In this document: piece by piece, positions 8,819 to 18,677 of the stretch
Position numbering within the stretch: the stretch's first letter is position 1
Layout of the letters: each line of letters opens with the position of its first letter
NCBI GenBank assembly: GCA_049519175.1
Contig: JBEKQZ010000001.1
Location: 107,311 to 171,310 of the forward strand
DNA length: 64,000 nucleotides
Reading direction: 5' to 3'
Origin: Candidatus Levyibacteriota bacterium
Lineage (GTDB): Bacteria > Patescibacteriota > Microgenomatia > Levybacterales > UBA12049
Made by a program: the position numbers and the translations under genes
The notes under the pieces: generated by a model
Seen by the model: the letters and a program-made list of their open reading frames with translations, nothing else
The model's database searches: none
What the model was told of the DNA's origin: nothing

Positions 8819-11704
8819 TTAGGCGTGGCATAGCATTTTATACTCGCAGTTTTTGCAAAAAAGTGAACCGCTGCAGCTAAAATCACTCTTTTCAATTTCC
8901 TTTACTTTTTCCAAAATCAACTCTTTGGCTTCTTTAAGCTGTTCTTTGCTTCTGGCGGTTGTTAGTTTTAAATCTTTTTCCAGATAATATAAAGACAATA
9001 AAATATCTTCAGGTGCTTTGTCTAAAATCTGATCTTTTACCTCATTGGCAGCTAAAGCATAAAAAGTAAGCTGTAAATTTGTTTCTAATTCTTTTTGCGT
9101 TGGAATATTATCGCCGGTTTTGTAATCGATAATTTCAATTTTATTTTCACCTAGCTTATCAATCCGGTCGATTCTTCCGGCAATTTTAACTTTGTCTAAA
9201 TAAAAATTAAACGGGTATTCCAATGCGACAGGCAAGTTATTTTTATTAAAGTTTTTAGTTAAATAATCGCTGATAATTTTGGTGGCTTTATCTAAAGCTT
9301 TTTTCGCGTGAGTTTTGCTGGAGTAACCGTCGTTTAGCCAAACCTCATTAATGATTTTCGAAACCTCGGCGATTTTTACTTTATTGCCGCTTTGCCAAGC
9401 CTGGTAAAAATTCCTAAGCGCCGCGTGGACGCTGGTGCCGAAACTTTGCGCGGATGTTTGAATAGTGGGGATTTTAAGAATATATTTTAATTTGTAATGC
9501 AGCGGGCAGATCTCAAAAGTTTGTAGTTGTGAGTAAGAAAGATAATTGACTGCGGTGGTAGCGCTTGGCGCTTCTTTGACTTTTTTGCTTCCTTTATTAG
9601 TCCACTCGAGTAGCGATAACTGTACGTCTTCCGGTTCGCTTTTTTGCAAGACTTTTTCAACCTCTTTCTCTTTTAGGGTCTCATAAACAAAGGGCGAAAT
9701 TTTTCTTTCCCTTTTGCCCTCGCCGTAAAAATTCGCGGCCGTTAAGCATAATCTGTCTCTGGCTCGGGTCATTCCGACATAAAAAAGACGGCGTTCTTCT
9801 TCCAGATGAAAATCTCCGCTGGGTAAGATTTCTTTAATTAACTTTTGCGGAATGGGAATTTTTTCATGTCTTTCGCGTGTCGGAAATCTTTGCGCCACCA
9901 GATTAACTAAAAAGACGACCGGGAATTCCAGTCCTTTACTGGAGTGAATAGTTAAGATATTTACGGCATTATTTTCCGACCAGTCGAAATCCGCCGCCAA
10001 AGGGCTTTCTCCCATTTGCATTGAGAGGTCAATCCAATCGACTACGTCAAAAACCGAAGCGGTTTGATGGTCGGTTTCATAAGTTTTTAATTTATCAAAA
10101 AATTTAGCGATATTCTTGGCAATTTTTTCATCCGTTACGGTTTTATAATCAATAATTTTCTGAATCAACCCACAGTCTTGCAGAAAATAATACAGAATTT
10201 GACCGGCAGTTTCCTTATGGATTAATCCCAAATGCCTTTTTAGCATCTTGTAGATATTGGTAATTCTTTCTTTGGCTTTTCCATTAAATAAAATCTCATC
10301 ATTTTTCCCCAAAGTCTCGAAAAGAGAATAATTTTTCCTTTTAGCTAAATTTAATAAGGTGGCAATCTCGATACTATCGAGTCCAAAAATCGACATATTT
10401 AAAACCCTGTACAAACTGGCGGAGTCTTCAAAATTGTAAAGCACTTTTAAGTAAGCGATTAAGTCTTTAATTTCTTCCTGATGAAATAATCTTCCCGGGC
10501 CCAAAAACTGGTAAGGGATTCTGGCTCTTTCGAGTGCTCTACCAAAACTCTCCGCGTGGTCGTTGGCTCTGACTAAAATGGCAAAATCCCGATAGGCATA
10601 TTTCTTACTCCCCTGCAAAAGTTCTATTTGCTCTACGACGGCTTCCGCTTCGTCTTCAACCCGCGGTTTATAAAGGAAAGACAGTTTTTCGCCTTTAATT
10701 TTTCTGACGGAAATAAGTTTCTTATTCAATTTCTCTTTAACCTCCAAGCGGTCCGGATTATTGTGCTGAATTAACTGATACGAGCTATCTAGAATTTCTT
10801 TGGTCGATCGATAATTATTAATTAAGGTCACAATTTTGACTTTTGGAAATCTTTTTCTGAATTGAATAATGTTGGAGATGGAGCTGCCGCGGAATCGGTA
10901 AATTGATTGGTCGTCGTCTCCGACAACAGTAATGTTCTTCTTTTCTCCGGAAAGCAAGATAGCCAATTCGTTTTGGGCAAAGTTGGTGTCTTGGAATTCG
11001 TCGACTAAAATATATTCAAATTGCTGTTGATAATTCTTGAGAACATTTTTTCTGGTTCGGAAAAGTTTAAGCGTATTAGAAATTAAATCGGAGAAGTCCA
11101 TAACATCCTCTTTAGCTTTTAACTGTTCATAAGTTTTATAAGCGTTGGCTAGCTCAAGATATTTTTTATACTCATCCTTATTTTTTTTCAGCTCTTTGTC
11201 ACTTTGGACAAATTGCAAATACTCGCTTGGTGAGACGTCCTCGTCTTTTAACCTGGAAAAATGCTGAATTAACGCCTCTAAAAATTTATTGGGATTGCCA
11301 AGCGGACGGAAATAATTTAAATCTAGTTGGAAAAGATGCTGTCTTAAAAATAAAATACTCTCCGCCTCGGTCATTAATTTATAAGCCGAACTTAGCCCGA
11401 TATGAATACTCTCATTTCTTAAAATGCGGTCGCAAAAAGAATGAAAAGTGGAAATCCACATTTGCGTATAACCGTAAGGCATGGTTTGATCAACTCTTTC
11501 TTCCATCTCCTTGGCGGCTTTTTCGGTAAAAGTCAGCGCTAGGATTTGCGAAGGTTCAACTTTTTTTTGCAAGACCAGATATTTAATTCTTTCGGTGATA
11601 ACAGTGGTTTTGCCGGTTCCGGCGCCGGCGATAATCAAAAGCGGTCCTCTGCCATATCTAACCGCTTGTTTTTGATGTAAATCCAGTTTAATCCCTGCCT
11701 TCAT
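8819..11704 (-). CDS. ATP-dependent SF1 UvrD/PcrA-type DNA helicase fused to a C-terminal PD-(D/E)XK (RecB/Cas4-like, Cys-cluster) nuclease
   Basis: Walker A AGAGTGKTT, UvrD motifs (DEFQDTN, VGDDDQSIYRFRG, YRST, VTLTTIHSSKGLEF, VGMTRAR). C-terminal nuclease motifs ...RIDRIDK...IIDYKTG... and a terminal Cys cluster CSGSLFCKNCEYKMLCHA. 961 aa. Confidence 0.85.
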   Translation of the reverse strand: MKAGIKLDLHQKQAVRYGRGPLLIIAGAGTGKTTVITERIKYLVLQKKVEPSQILALTFTEKAAKEMEERVDQTMPYGYTQMWISTFHSFCDRILRNESIHIGLSSAYKLMTEAESILFLRQHLFQLDLNYFRPLGNPNKFLEALIQHFSRLKDEDVSPSEYLQFVQSDKELKKNKDEYKKYLELANAYKTYEQLKAKEDVMDFSDLISNTLKLFRTRKNVLKNYQQQFEYILVDEFQDTNFAQNELAILLSGEKKNITVVGDDDQSIYRFRGSSISNIIQFRKRFPKVKIVTLINNYRSTKEILDSSYQLIQHNNPDRLEVKEKLNKKLISVRKIKGEKLSFLYKPRVEDEAEAVVEQIELLQGSKKYAYRDFAILVRANDHAESFGRALERARIPYQFLGPGRLFHQEEIKDLIAYLKVLYNFEDSASLYRVLNMSIFGLDSIEIATLLNLAKRKNYSLFETLGKNDEILFNGKAKERITNIYKMLKRHLGLIHKETAGQILYYFLQDCGLIQKIIDYKTVTDEKIAKNIAKFFDKLKTYETDHQTASVFDVVDWIDLSMQMGESPLAADFDWSENNAVNILTIHSSKGLEFPVVFLVNLVAQRFPTRERHEKIPIPQKLIKEILPSGDFHLEEERRLFYVGMTRARDRLCLTAANFYGEGKRERKISPFVYETLKEKEVEKVLQKSEPEDVQLSLLEWTNKGSKKVKEAPSATTAVNYLSYSQLQTFEICPLHYKLKYILKIPTIQTSAQSFGTSVHAALRNFYQAWQSGNKVKIAEVSKIINEVWLNDGYSSKTHAKKALDKATKIISDYLTKNFNKNNLPVALEYPFNFYLDKVKIAGRIDRIDKLGENKIEIIDYKTGDNIPTQKELETNLQLTFYALAANEVKDQILDKAPEDILLSLYYLEKDLKLTTARSKEQLKEAKELILEKVKEIEKSDFSCSGSLFCKNCEYKMLCHA

Positions 11705-11708
11705 GCGG

Positions 11709-12707
11709 CTATTGTATCATTTTTTCTTTTTGCGGTATTGCTTTTTGTTTGTCTTCCAAAGTTTTGGTTGCGTGCAGCTTTTGACCAAGACTGGAAAAGC
11801 CCGATAAGACATTTCCAAACTGCGCATAAGCATTGTTAATATGCTTACCAAGCGTTGACATATTTTCGTCAATTTTTTCGTAATCAATCTGGATACTCCT
11901 TAGGAGTGTAAATAATTCTCTGGATTTGCTTTCAATTTTTTTGCCCTCAAAAGAGAGAAGAATGGTTTGCAAATGGGCATAAAGAGTGGATGGGGAAACC
12001 ATATAAACCCGTGAGCGTCTGGCATAATCCAGAACATCGATTTGGTTAACAATTTCGTAGTAAACCGATTCGCTGGGGATATACATTAAGGCAAAATCCA
12101 TTGTTCCCTCCGAAGGCAGGATATATTTTTTGGAAATCGCATCAATGTGTTTTTTAACATCTTTGACAAATTCTTTTTCAAACATTTCTCTTTCCGACTT
12201 TTCGGTTGCCTTGACCATTTTTTGATAATTTTCCATCGGAAACTTAGAATCGATTGGTAAAATGCCGGCATCGGTTTGAATTGCGGCGTCAACTTTTTCG
12301 CCGGACTTAAATTCATACTGCAAATGGAAACTGCTCTTCGGAAACATCTGGGCAATTAAATCTTTTAAAACCTGCTCGCCAATATTGCCTCTTAATTTCG
12401 GACTTTTTAAGAAATCCTGGAGCTCACGCATATTTCTGCCAATCTCGCTCATTTGTCCGACTTCTTTTTCCACATCCCGAATCACCCGAGCAGCCGTATC
12501 TAATCTTTCATTCAATTGCTTAGTATTCTCTTGTAAAGTTCTAACTGTTTGCGAGGAAGAGTTACTGATAGTAGATTGCATGGTCTTAAGCCATTCCAAT
12601 AATGCTTCATCCGGTTTTCTCTCAGAAAGTTTTTTATTCAGAAAATAGATCAAAACCACGAATCCGAGGATGATGATGCCAAGGACAATAAATAGTTCAT
12701 TTTGCAT
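11709..12707 (-). CDS. rmuC: DNA recombination protein RmuC family
   Basis: N-terminal TM helix, long coiled coil, then an RmuC-like C-terminal domain (VDAAIQTDAGILPIDSKFPMENY...YILPSEGTMDFALMYIPSESVYYEI). Confidence 0.75.
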   Translation of the reverse strand: MQNELFIVLGIIILGFVVLIYFLNKKLSERKPDEALLEWLKTMQSTISNSSSQTVRTLQENTKQLNERLDTAARVIRDVEKEVGQMSEIGRNMRELQDFLKSPKLRGNIGEQVLKDLIAQMFPKSSFHLQYEFKSGEKVDAAIQTDAGILPIDSKFPMENYQKMVKATEKSEREMFEKEFVKDVKKHIDAISKKYILPSEGTMDFALMYIPSESVYYEIVNQIDVLDYARRSRVYMVSPSTLYAHLQTILLSFEGKKIESKSRELFTLLRSIQIDYEKIDENMSTLGKHINNAYAQFGNVLSGFSSLGQKLHATKTLEDKQKAIPQKEKMIQ

Positions 12708-12723
12708 ATTCCTATTTTAGCAC

Positions 12724-13737
12724 TTAATCGAAATAAAGTTCGGGGTTGGCGGAAACCTTTTGCCATTCGGTTGCTTCGTGGTTAAAAAAGGCCGCGGCGG
12801 CAATCATAGCGGCATTATCGGTGCAGAGTTTTTTGTCAGGGACAAAAAATGGAATTTCTAATTTCAAATTTCTAATTTCTAATGCAAACTTATCTCGCAG
12901 GGTTTGGTTTGAAGCGACCCCACCGCCCAACAAAATTGACTTGGCTCCAAATTCATTAACAGCCCGAAAAGTCTTTTTGATCAAGACATCAAATATCGCT
13001 TCCTGCAGGGAATAACAAATATTCGAAATAGTTTTGCTATCTAGCTTTTCATATTTTTGCACTTCCCGAAGAACAGCAGTTTTTAAACCGCTAAAACTAA
13101 AATCATAATCGTCGGAATCAATCAAGGGGCGGGGAAAATGATAGATATCTTTTTTAACACTTGCTGCTAACTTTTCAATTTGCGGTCCGGCCGGGTAAGA
13201 AAGATGCAAAAGACGTCCGGTTTTATCAAACGCTTCGCCGGCGGCATCATCTCGAGTTCCGCCCAGCCACTTAATATCTTGGTGGTTTTTCATTAGTACT
13301 AAATCCGTGTGACCGCCGGAAACAACCAAAGCAATCGCGGGAAATTCAATTTTATTTTCACCGATAAAGTTGGCGTAAATGTGACCGAATAAATGGTTGA
13401 CCGGAATAATCGGTTTATGCCAAACATAAGCAAAAGTTCTGGCGGTTTCAACGCCGACTAAAAGTGAACCAATTAGCCCCGGTCCGACAGTAACGGCAAT
13501 GACGTCAATTTCTGCTTTAGGATTTTGTAAAACTTTAGTCGCTTCCTCAATCACCGGAATGATAAATTTAACTTGTTCTCTGGCTGCAACTTCGGGAATG
13601 ATACCGCCGGTTTTGGCGTGTAAAGATAGGGAAGTAGCAATAATATTAGACAACAGTTCAACTTTATTATTTTTGTCTGTTCTGACAATTGCCGCCGCGG
13701 TTTCATCACAGCTGGTCTCGATGCCTAAAATTATCAT
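12724..13737 (-). CDS. tsaD: tRNA N6-adenosine threonylcarbamoyltransferase TsaD (Kae1/Gcp)
   Basis: MIILGIETSCDETAAAIV..., His-His metal site (VNHLFGHIYANF), GGVASN, C-terminal LCTDNAAMIAAA. Confidence 0.95.
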   Translation of the reverse strand: MIILGIETSCDETAAAIVRTDKNNKVELLSNIIATSLSLHAKTGGIIPEVAAREQVKFIIPVIEEATKVLQNPKAEIDVIAVTVGPGLIGSLLVGVETARTFAYVWHKPIIPVNHLFGHIYANFIGENKIEFPAIALVVSGGHTDLVLMKNHQDIKWLGGTRDDAAGEAFDKTGRLLHLSYPAGPQIEKLAASVKKDIYHFPRPLIDSDDYDFSFSGLKTAVLREVQKYEKLDSKTISNICYSLQEAIFDVLIKKTFRAVNEFGAKSILLGGGVASNQTLRDKFALEIRNLKLEIPFFVPDKKLCTDNAAMIAAAAFFNHEATEWQKVSANPELYFD

Positions 13738-14174
13738 AAACTCAATTTGACTAAATCTCCGATTTCAATATTATCTTTTTTTGCTAAGCCCGCATTTATC
13801 TCTAAAACTTTATTGGCTTTAGTTCTAGTCGTATAAACAGGAAGATCCTCACTTGGCGAAACGGGAACTTTTTGAAAAACATCGACAACTTTATTATTCT
13901 GAATAAAAATAATATCGATAGGAAATTTCATATCTTTCATCCAAAAAGAATAATAGTCAGCTCTGTCAAAAAGAAAAATCATTCCTTGATTTAGTCCGAT
14001 TGATTTATATTTTGCCAGTCCGATTTCCTGCTCTTGGGAAGTTTCTGCCAGGTAAAGATTAAAAGTGTGTCCGTTAATTGCTATCCGGGGAGTTTTGGGT
14101 AGCAAATAGTTTAACGCTAAAAAAGCAATGATCAAAATAAGCAAAATTCCTAAAATTAACGTGAGGAACTTCAT
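13734..14174 (-). CDS. DUF192 family protein (membrane-anchored)
   Basis: Signal/TM anchor followed by DUF192-like motifs (GLAKYKSIGLNQGMIFLFD...FWMKDMKFPIDIIFI). Start overlaps the tsaD stop. Confidence 0.65.
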   Translation of the reverse strand: MKFLTLILGILLILIIAFLALNYLLPKTPRIAINGHTFNLYLAETSQEQEIGLAKYKSIGLNQGMIFLFDRADYYSFWMKDMKFPIDIIFIQNNKVVDVFQKVPVSPSEDLPVYTTRTKANKVLEINAGLAKKDNIEIGDLVKLSL

Positions 14175-14662
14175 AATTTATTTTCCGCCAAAATTATTTG
14201 GGCAATCCGAGTGGTCGATTTTTCCGGGATATATCCGATGACTTCTAAAAGTTGTGCACCAATTTGCTTGGCTTGTCTTTTACTATGCTCTAACGCGTTG
14301 CTGCCTTTAGTAACGGCAATAACGGAAGGGTTCAATTTCATAACAAGCTTATCGTATTCGTCGTTTCGTTGTAAAAACGGAATTTTGATGACGTAATCAA
14401 CAAAGCGGATTCCTACCAAAACTTCGGCTCTTTCGTTCTGATTATGGATTGGTCGTTTGTCACCTTTTATTTTGTGGACACTTTCATCACTTTCTAACAT
14501 TACCAATAAAATATCGCCGGTTTTTTTGGCTGCTTGCAAGAATTTAATATGTCCCAAATGAATAACGTCAAAACAGCCGCCGGCAAGAATTACAATCTTG
14601 CCTTCCTTTTTAAAACGTTGGCTTAATTTAACTGCTTTTTCAATGTCAATTATTCTGTTCAT
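14171..14662 (-). CDS. cytidylyltransferase-like nucleotidyltransferase (TagD / RfaE domain II family)
   Basis: HxGH nucleotidyltransferase motif (GGCFDVIHLGHIKFLQAAK), LLVMLESDESVHKIKGDKRPIHNQNERAEVL. Confidence 0.7.
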   Translation of the reverse strand: MNRIIDIEKAVKLSQRFKKEGKIVILAGGCFDVIHLGHIKFLQAAKKTGDILLVMLESDESVHKIKGDKRPIHNQNERAEVLVGIRFVDYVIKIPFLQRNDEYDKLVMKLNPSVIAVTKGSNALEHSKRQAKQIGAQLLEVIGYIPEKSTTRIAQIILAENKL

Positions 14663-16104
14663 TGTTTAGTTCCTCTTAAATAAACTGCCTGCCACGGTTG
14701 GTAATCGGAAACAAATTTATCAAAAATAATGGTCTTGCCGTTTTTGGTGACAGTTCTGGTGAAATAAACATCGGCGCCCGAAGCGGCAAAATCGGTTTGC
14801 TGGAGTGTGCCAACCGGTAGCGTCGGATCGTCTTGATAAAGAGCGGGCGGCGGCGGAGTTTGGTTACTGACAACCGGTGTAGTTATAGAAACTTCTCGTC
14901 CGTCTTCGGTGCCGTAAAGACTAAAATTCAAAGCATAATTATCTAAATCGACCTGACTTTGAATTAAAATATAATTGCCGGTGTCATTTTTAAATTTTAA
15001 ATCAACAGTGGGAGAATAAACCGTCGCGTCAAAACCGGGAGGAGAATCTTGCTCGTAATAACCGACCCTATATGCGTGAGCATGTCTTTCAACGACCGGT
15101 AGTCCGGCATTAAGAATTGCCCTAAAAAGCGTAGTGGATACTTGGCAAACGCCTCCGCCATCACCTAGAACGGTATGTCCATTTTGGATAATGTAAGCCT
15201 GTTGATAACCGGAAAAGGCGGAGACATCGCCCAGCGCCTGATCGAAAGAAAATGTTTCTCCCGGCGAAACTAAAATGCCGTTTAATCTGCTGGCGGCAAG
15301 ATTAATGTTGAAAACCCGGCCGGGAATAGAATCATAAAATAAAGAATTACCACTGCCGATTAATTCTTTAATTCCCAATTTATTAACTTTGTCGGTGGTA
15401 ATGTTGGGTTCGATAACGGCAATTGGGATTGGGAAAGAAACAGTTTGCGGCAAGCGGGAATTCAAAATACTGACAGAATAGGATAAAATTTTATCGTTCA
15501 AAGTCTGACTGTCTAGCGCTTGCCCATTTTCAGAAAGCTTAAAAGCGGTAACCTTATTATTAACGATTGTAAATATGGCGTTAACCGGTTGCTTGTCTAT
15601 TTTTTGCGCAATCGGTTCAAGCAGATTCAAAAGCTTAACTTGGTCGAAAGAGTAAGATGGAGAAAGGTAAACGCCGCCAAGATATGATTGGATAACCAAA
15701 CTTAAATCGGAAATAAAATTGCCGGAACGGCCAATAAGGTAAGCTTGGTTAGCCAAAAGCGGGCTATTGTAGCCAAAATTTATTTCTCCGGCCGAAACTG
15801 TGGCAATGCCGTAGTCACTGGTTAGAGAAAACTCTGAATCTTTAACCAAAGAATTCCGATAATCAAAGAAATTTTGGGCGTCTTGTTTACTTTTACCGCT
15901 CAGGTCAAAATTACCAACGTAAACGCCGGGATAAACTTTATTCTCATACATTTTTTGATAGAGAAAAAGTCCGAAACTGGAGACAAAAATAAGCGCCAGG
16001 AGTGCGCCGGTCGTAAACCAAAAACCCACCTTTAAAAAGTGTAAGATTCGCTTTTTATATTTTAATTTAAACTGCAGTTTTATTTTGGGAAAATTTATCT
16101 TCAT
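14659..16104 (-). CDS. VanW family protein (membrane-anchored)
   Basis: N-terminal TM; VanW core block ...GETFSFDQALGDVSAFSGYQQAYII...GDGGGVCQVSTTLFRAILNAGLPVVERHAHAY. Confidence 0.8.
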   Translation of the reverse strand: MKINFPKIKLQFKLKYKKRILHFLKVGFWFTTGALLALIFVSSFGLFLYQKMYENKVYPGVYVGNFDLSGKSKQDAQNFFDYRNSLVKDSEFSLTSDYGIATVSAGEINFGYNSPLLANQAYLIGRSGNFISDLSLVIQSYLGGVYLSPSYSFDQVKLLNLLEPIAQKIDKQPVNAIFTIVNNKVTAFKLSENGQALDSQTLNDKILSYSVSILNSRLPQTVSFPIPIAVIEPNITTDKVNKLGIKELIGSGNSLFYDSIPGRVFNINLAASRLNGILVSPGETFSFDQALGDVSAFSGYQQAYIIQNGHTVLGDGGGVCQVSTTLFRAILNAGLPVVERHAHAYRVGYYEQDSPPGFDATVYSPTVDLKFKNDTGNYILIQSQVDLDNYALNFSLYGTEDGREVSITTPVVSNQTPPPPALYQDDPTLPVGTLQQTDFAASGADVYFTRTVTKNGKTIIFDKFVSDYQPWQAVYLRGTKQ

Positions 16105-16144
16105 TGATTATGCTTTCTATTTGGTATTATACTATAAAATAGCC

Positions 16145-17683
16145 ATGGATAACGACCAGACAGTTTTTCAAAGCCCAAGTTCACAGATAAATTCCAGCGT
16201 GCCGGAACCTAATTTAGTGCCGTCACCCGAACCTCCCGCTATGCCTGTTCAACCTACTGCGCCCGCACCGCAAGCAGTACCGTCGGAGTCTTTTGTCCAA
16301 GAACCTCCCGCGGAAGTTGCGGCCCAAGAGCCAGTAGTTGAAGAACCGCCTCCACAAATTCCTTCAAGACCAACTAACGGTAATTCTCTGCCGTTTATCC
16401 AGAAAATTTTTAAAGTTGGTATCGGACTGGTAGTAGTTTTAGTGGTTTTAGTGTTACTTTTTACTGTTGTTCTGCCAAAACTTTCGGGCAGTTCTAGCGG
16501 CAAAGTCACACTGACTTACTGGGGCTTATGGGAAGACAGCAAGACAATGCAAAGTTTAATTGACGGCTTTGAAAGACAAAACCCAAACATTACGATTCAA
16601 TATTCCGAGCAAGATATTCAGCAATACCGGGAAAGACTTTTGACCCGGATTGCCGACGGAAACGGTCCGGATATTTTCCGCTTTCATAACAGTTGGTATC
16701 CGATGTATGCCAGCGTTTTATTGCCTTTACCAACGGATACAATTTCGCCCGCAGATTTTAAAAAAACATTTTATCCCGTCGCGCAAAAAGATTTAGTTAA
16801 AAACGGGGCCATCTACGGTATTCCTCTGGAAATCGATACGCTCTCGTTGTATATGAATACCCAGCTTTTTCAGGCCGCCGGTTTAAAACCACCGACCAAC
16901 TGGAACGATTTCATTAATGATGCCAGGACTTTAACGGTTAAAGACAGCGCTGGAAAAATAAAAACCGCCGGGGCGGCATTAGGCTCTTTTGATAATGTCA
17001 CTCACGCCCCGGATATTCTGTCTTTGCTTTTCCTGCAAAACGGGGTTGATCCGTTAAACATTCAAGCTTCTTCCGACCGGGCGACGAATGCGCTTAGTTT
17101 TTATACCGAATTTGTCACTGACCAAAACAATGTGTGGGACGATACGCTTGACCCTTCGATTCTGGCTTTTTCCAAAGGGAATTTGGCGATGTATTTTGGT
17201 TATTCCTGGGATTACTTTACGATTAAGCAAAATAATCCCAATCTTAATTTTCAGATTGTGCCGGTGCCGCAATTACCAAATCAGAATGTGAATATGGCTA
17301 GCTATTGGGCGGAGGGCGTATCGGTCAAAAGTAAACATCAAAAGGAAGCGCTGTTATTTATGCAATATTTGGCGCAAAAAAACACCGAAGAAAGTTTGTA
17401 TGCCGAACAGGCCAAAACGAGAACTTTTGGTGAGCCTTACGCCAGAGTTGATTTAGGCAGCACTCTAAAAACTAATCCTCTGTTGGCACCGTTTATCGCG
17501 GAAGCTCCTTCGGCCTTTTCCTCGCCGTTTGTCGACAGCACTTATGACAACGGATTAAATCAGGAGCTGGATACTTATCTTGGAAATGCCGTAAATTCAG
17601 TTCTCAATGGTGATTCTCCGCAAACAGCGGTAAATACTCTTTCGCAAGGCGCCACCCAGGTTCTGCAAAAATATGGACAGTAG
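16145..17683 (+). CDS. extracellular solute-binding protein (ABC transporter SBP, family 1-like) with Pro-rich N-terminal region and TM anchor
   Basis: Pro/Glu-rich low-complexity N-terminus, a TM helix, then SBP_bac_1-like sequence (KVTLTYWGLWED...TIQYSEQDIQQYRE...GPDIFRFHNSWYPMYA). ATG 16145 is preferred over 16085, which overlaps the divergent VanW gene. Confidence 0.75.
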   Translation: MDNDQTVFQSPSSQINSSVPEPNLVPSPEPPAMPVQPTAPAPQAVPSESFVQEPPAEVAAQEPVVEEPPPQIPSRPTNGNSLPFIQKIFKVGIGLVVVLVVLVLLFTVVLPKLSGSSSGKVTLTYWGLWEDSKTMQSLIDGFERQNPNITIQYSEQDIQQYRERLLTRIADGNGPDIFRFHNSWYPMYASVLLPLPTDTISPADFKKTFYPVAQKDLVKNGAIYGIPLEIDTLSLYMNTQLFQAAGLKPPTNWNDFINDARTLTVKDSAGKIKTAGAALGSFDNVTHAPDILSLLFLQNGVDPLNIQASSDRATNALSFYTEFVTDQNNVWDDTLDPSILAFSKGNLAMYFGYSWDYFTIKQNNPNLNFQIVPVPQLPNQNVNMASYWAEGVSVKSKHQKEALLFMQYLAQKNTEESLYAEQAKTRTFGEPYARVDLGSTLKTNPLLAPFIAEAPSAFSSPFVDSTYDNGLNQELDTYLGNAVNSVLNGDSPQTAVNTLSQGATQVLQKYGQ

Positions 17684-18548
17684 AGAAGGAGCAATTTTAA
17701 AAACACTGCTCTACTCAAATTTTTTTGATTATCCGCTCAAAAAAGAAGAACTTTACAATTTTCTCATCGGCAAGAAATTAAGCAAAAACGAGTTCACCAA
17801 AGCCTTAGACAACACAAGCCTTCCGATTGATTCAAGTGATGGATTTTATTTTTTGCAAGGCAAGCAAAAATTAGTCAAAAAAAGACAGCAAAGAGAACTG
17901 ATTAGCTTGGAAAAACTCAGAAAAGCAGAACTAATCATTAAAAAGTTAAGTTTAATCCCAACGATAAAATTAATTGGCATTAGCGGAACCTTAGCCGTAA
18001 AAAATTGTGCAGAAAATGATGATATCGATATTTTTGTCGTTGCAGAAAACGGTCTTGCCTGGACAACGCGGTTTCTAGCAGTAATCATGTTAATTATCCT
18101 TGGTGTTTATCGGAATAAAAATAGCAAACGATACAAAGATAAAATTTGTTTGAATTTAATTCTTGATGAAGACAGAATATTTTTTGAGAATCAAGATCTT
18201 TTTACAGCCCATGAAATAGTGCAGCTTTTACCGGTTTTTGGGAAAGATAAAGCCTACCAAAAATTCATCAGCGCCAATAGTTGGATCAAAGAAATTCTAC
18301 CGAATTGGCAAGTAAATCAAAAACCAATTTTCAGCAGACGACAAAGTTATTTAGATAAATTAATGATTGTTATTTTAAAAATTATCTTTCTGGAGAAAAT
18401 ACTAAAAGTGCTACAACTTTTTTATATGCGGAAAGATATTACGAGGGAAAAATTAGAAGACGGCTTTATCGGCTTGCATCCGTTTGATTATAAAGATCGT
18501 ATCCTAAAAGATTACAACCAAACAATCGCTAAGTTTGGGCTTCAGTAA
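17673..18548 (+). CDS. hypothetical protein with Pol-beta-superfamily nucleotidyltransferase motif
   Basis: GISGTLAVKNCAENDDIDIFVV fits the GS-x(9-13)-DhD minimal NTase signature. 291 aa, no other recognisable domain. Confidence 0.5.
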   Translation: MDSREGAILKTLLYSNFFDYPLKKEELYNFLIGKKLSKNEFTKALDNTSLPIDSSDGFYFLQGKQKLVKKRQQRELISLEKLRKAELIIKKLSLIPTIKLIGISGTLAVKNCAENDDIDIFVVAENGLAWTTRFLAVIMLIILGVYRNKNSKRYKDKICLNLILDEDRIFFENQDLFTAHEIVQLLPVFGKDKAYQKFISANSWIKEILPNWQVNQKPIFSRRQSYLDKLMIVILKIIFLEKILKVLQLFYMRKDITREKLEDGFIGLHPFDYKDRILKDYNQTIAKFGLQ

Positions 18549-18578
18549 TTTAGGCCTCTAAGATTCTACTAGAGGTCA

Positions 18579-18607
18579 TTGACAAAAAGTTAGGCATAAG
18601 ATATCAT
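18579..18607 (+). promoter_or_regulatory. sigma70-like promoter for greA (TTGACA-17 nt-TATCAT)
   Basis: -35 TTGACA at 18579-18584, 17-nt spacer, -10 TATCAT at 18602-18607. Preceded by hairpin CCTCTA-N9-TAGAGG at 18555-18575. Confidence 0.4.
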
Positions 18608-18677
18608 TCTTAAGGTTTATTAATTGAACTTATTTAATCATTCCCTCTAGTCAAACTGTGAGGGATTTTATTTTAAA

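Noticed and set aside
12850-12895. Short tandem repeat (aatttctaatttc aaatttctaatttc) that looked like a mini repeat array
   Set aside because: It lies inside tsaD in frame (encodes ...LEIRNLKLEI...). There are only two copies and no spacer/repeat periodicity, so it is not CRISPR-like.
16085-16144. Upstream extension of the solute-binding-protein ORF (MGKFIFIDYAFYLVLYYKIA...)
   Set aside because: It overlaps the divergent VanW gene start by 20 nt. The internal ATG at 16145 gives a normal N-terminus, so the extension is probably not translated.
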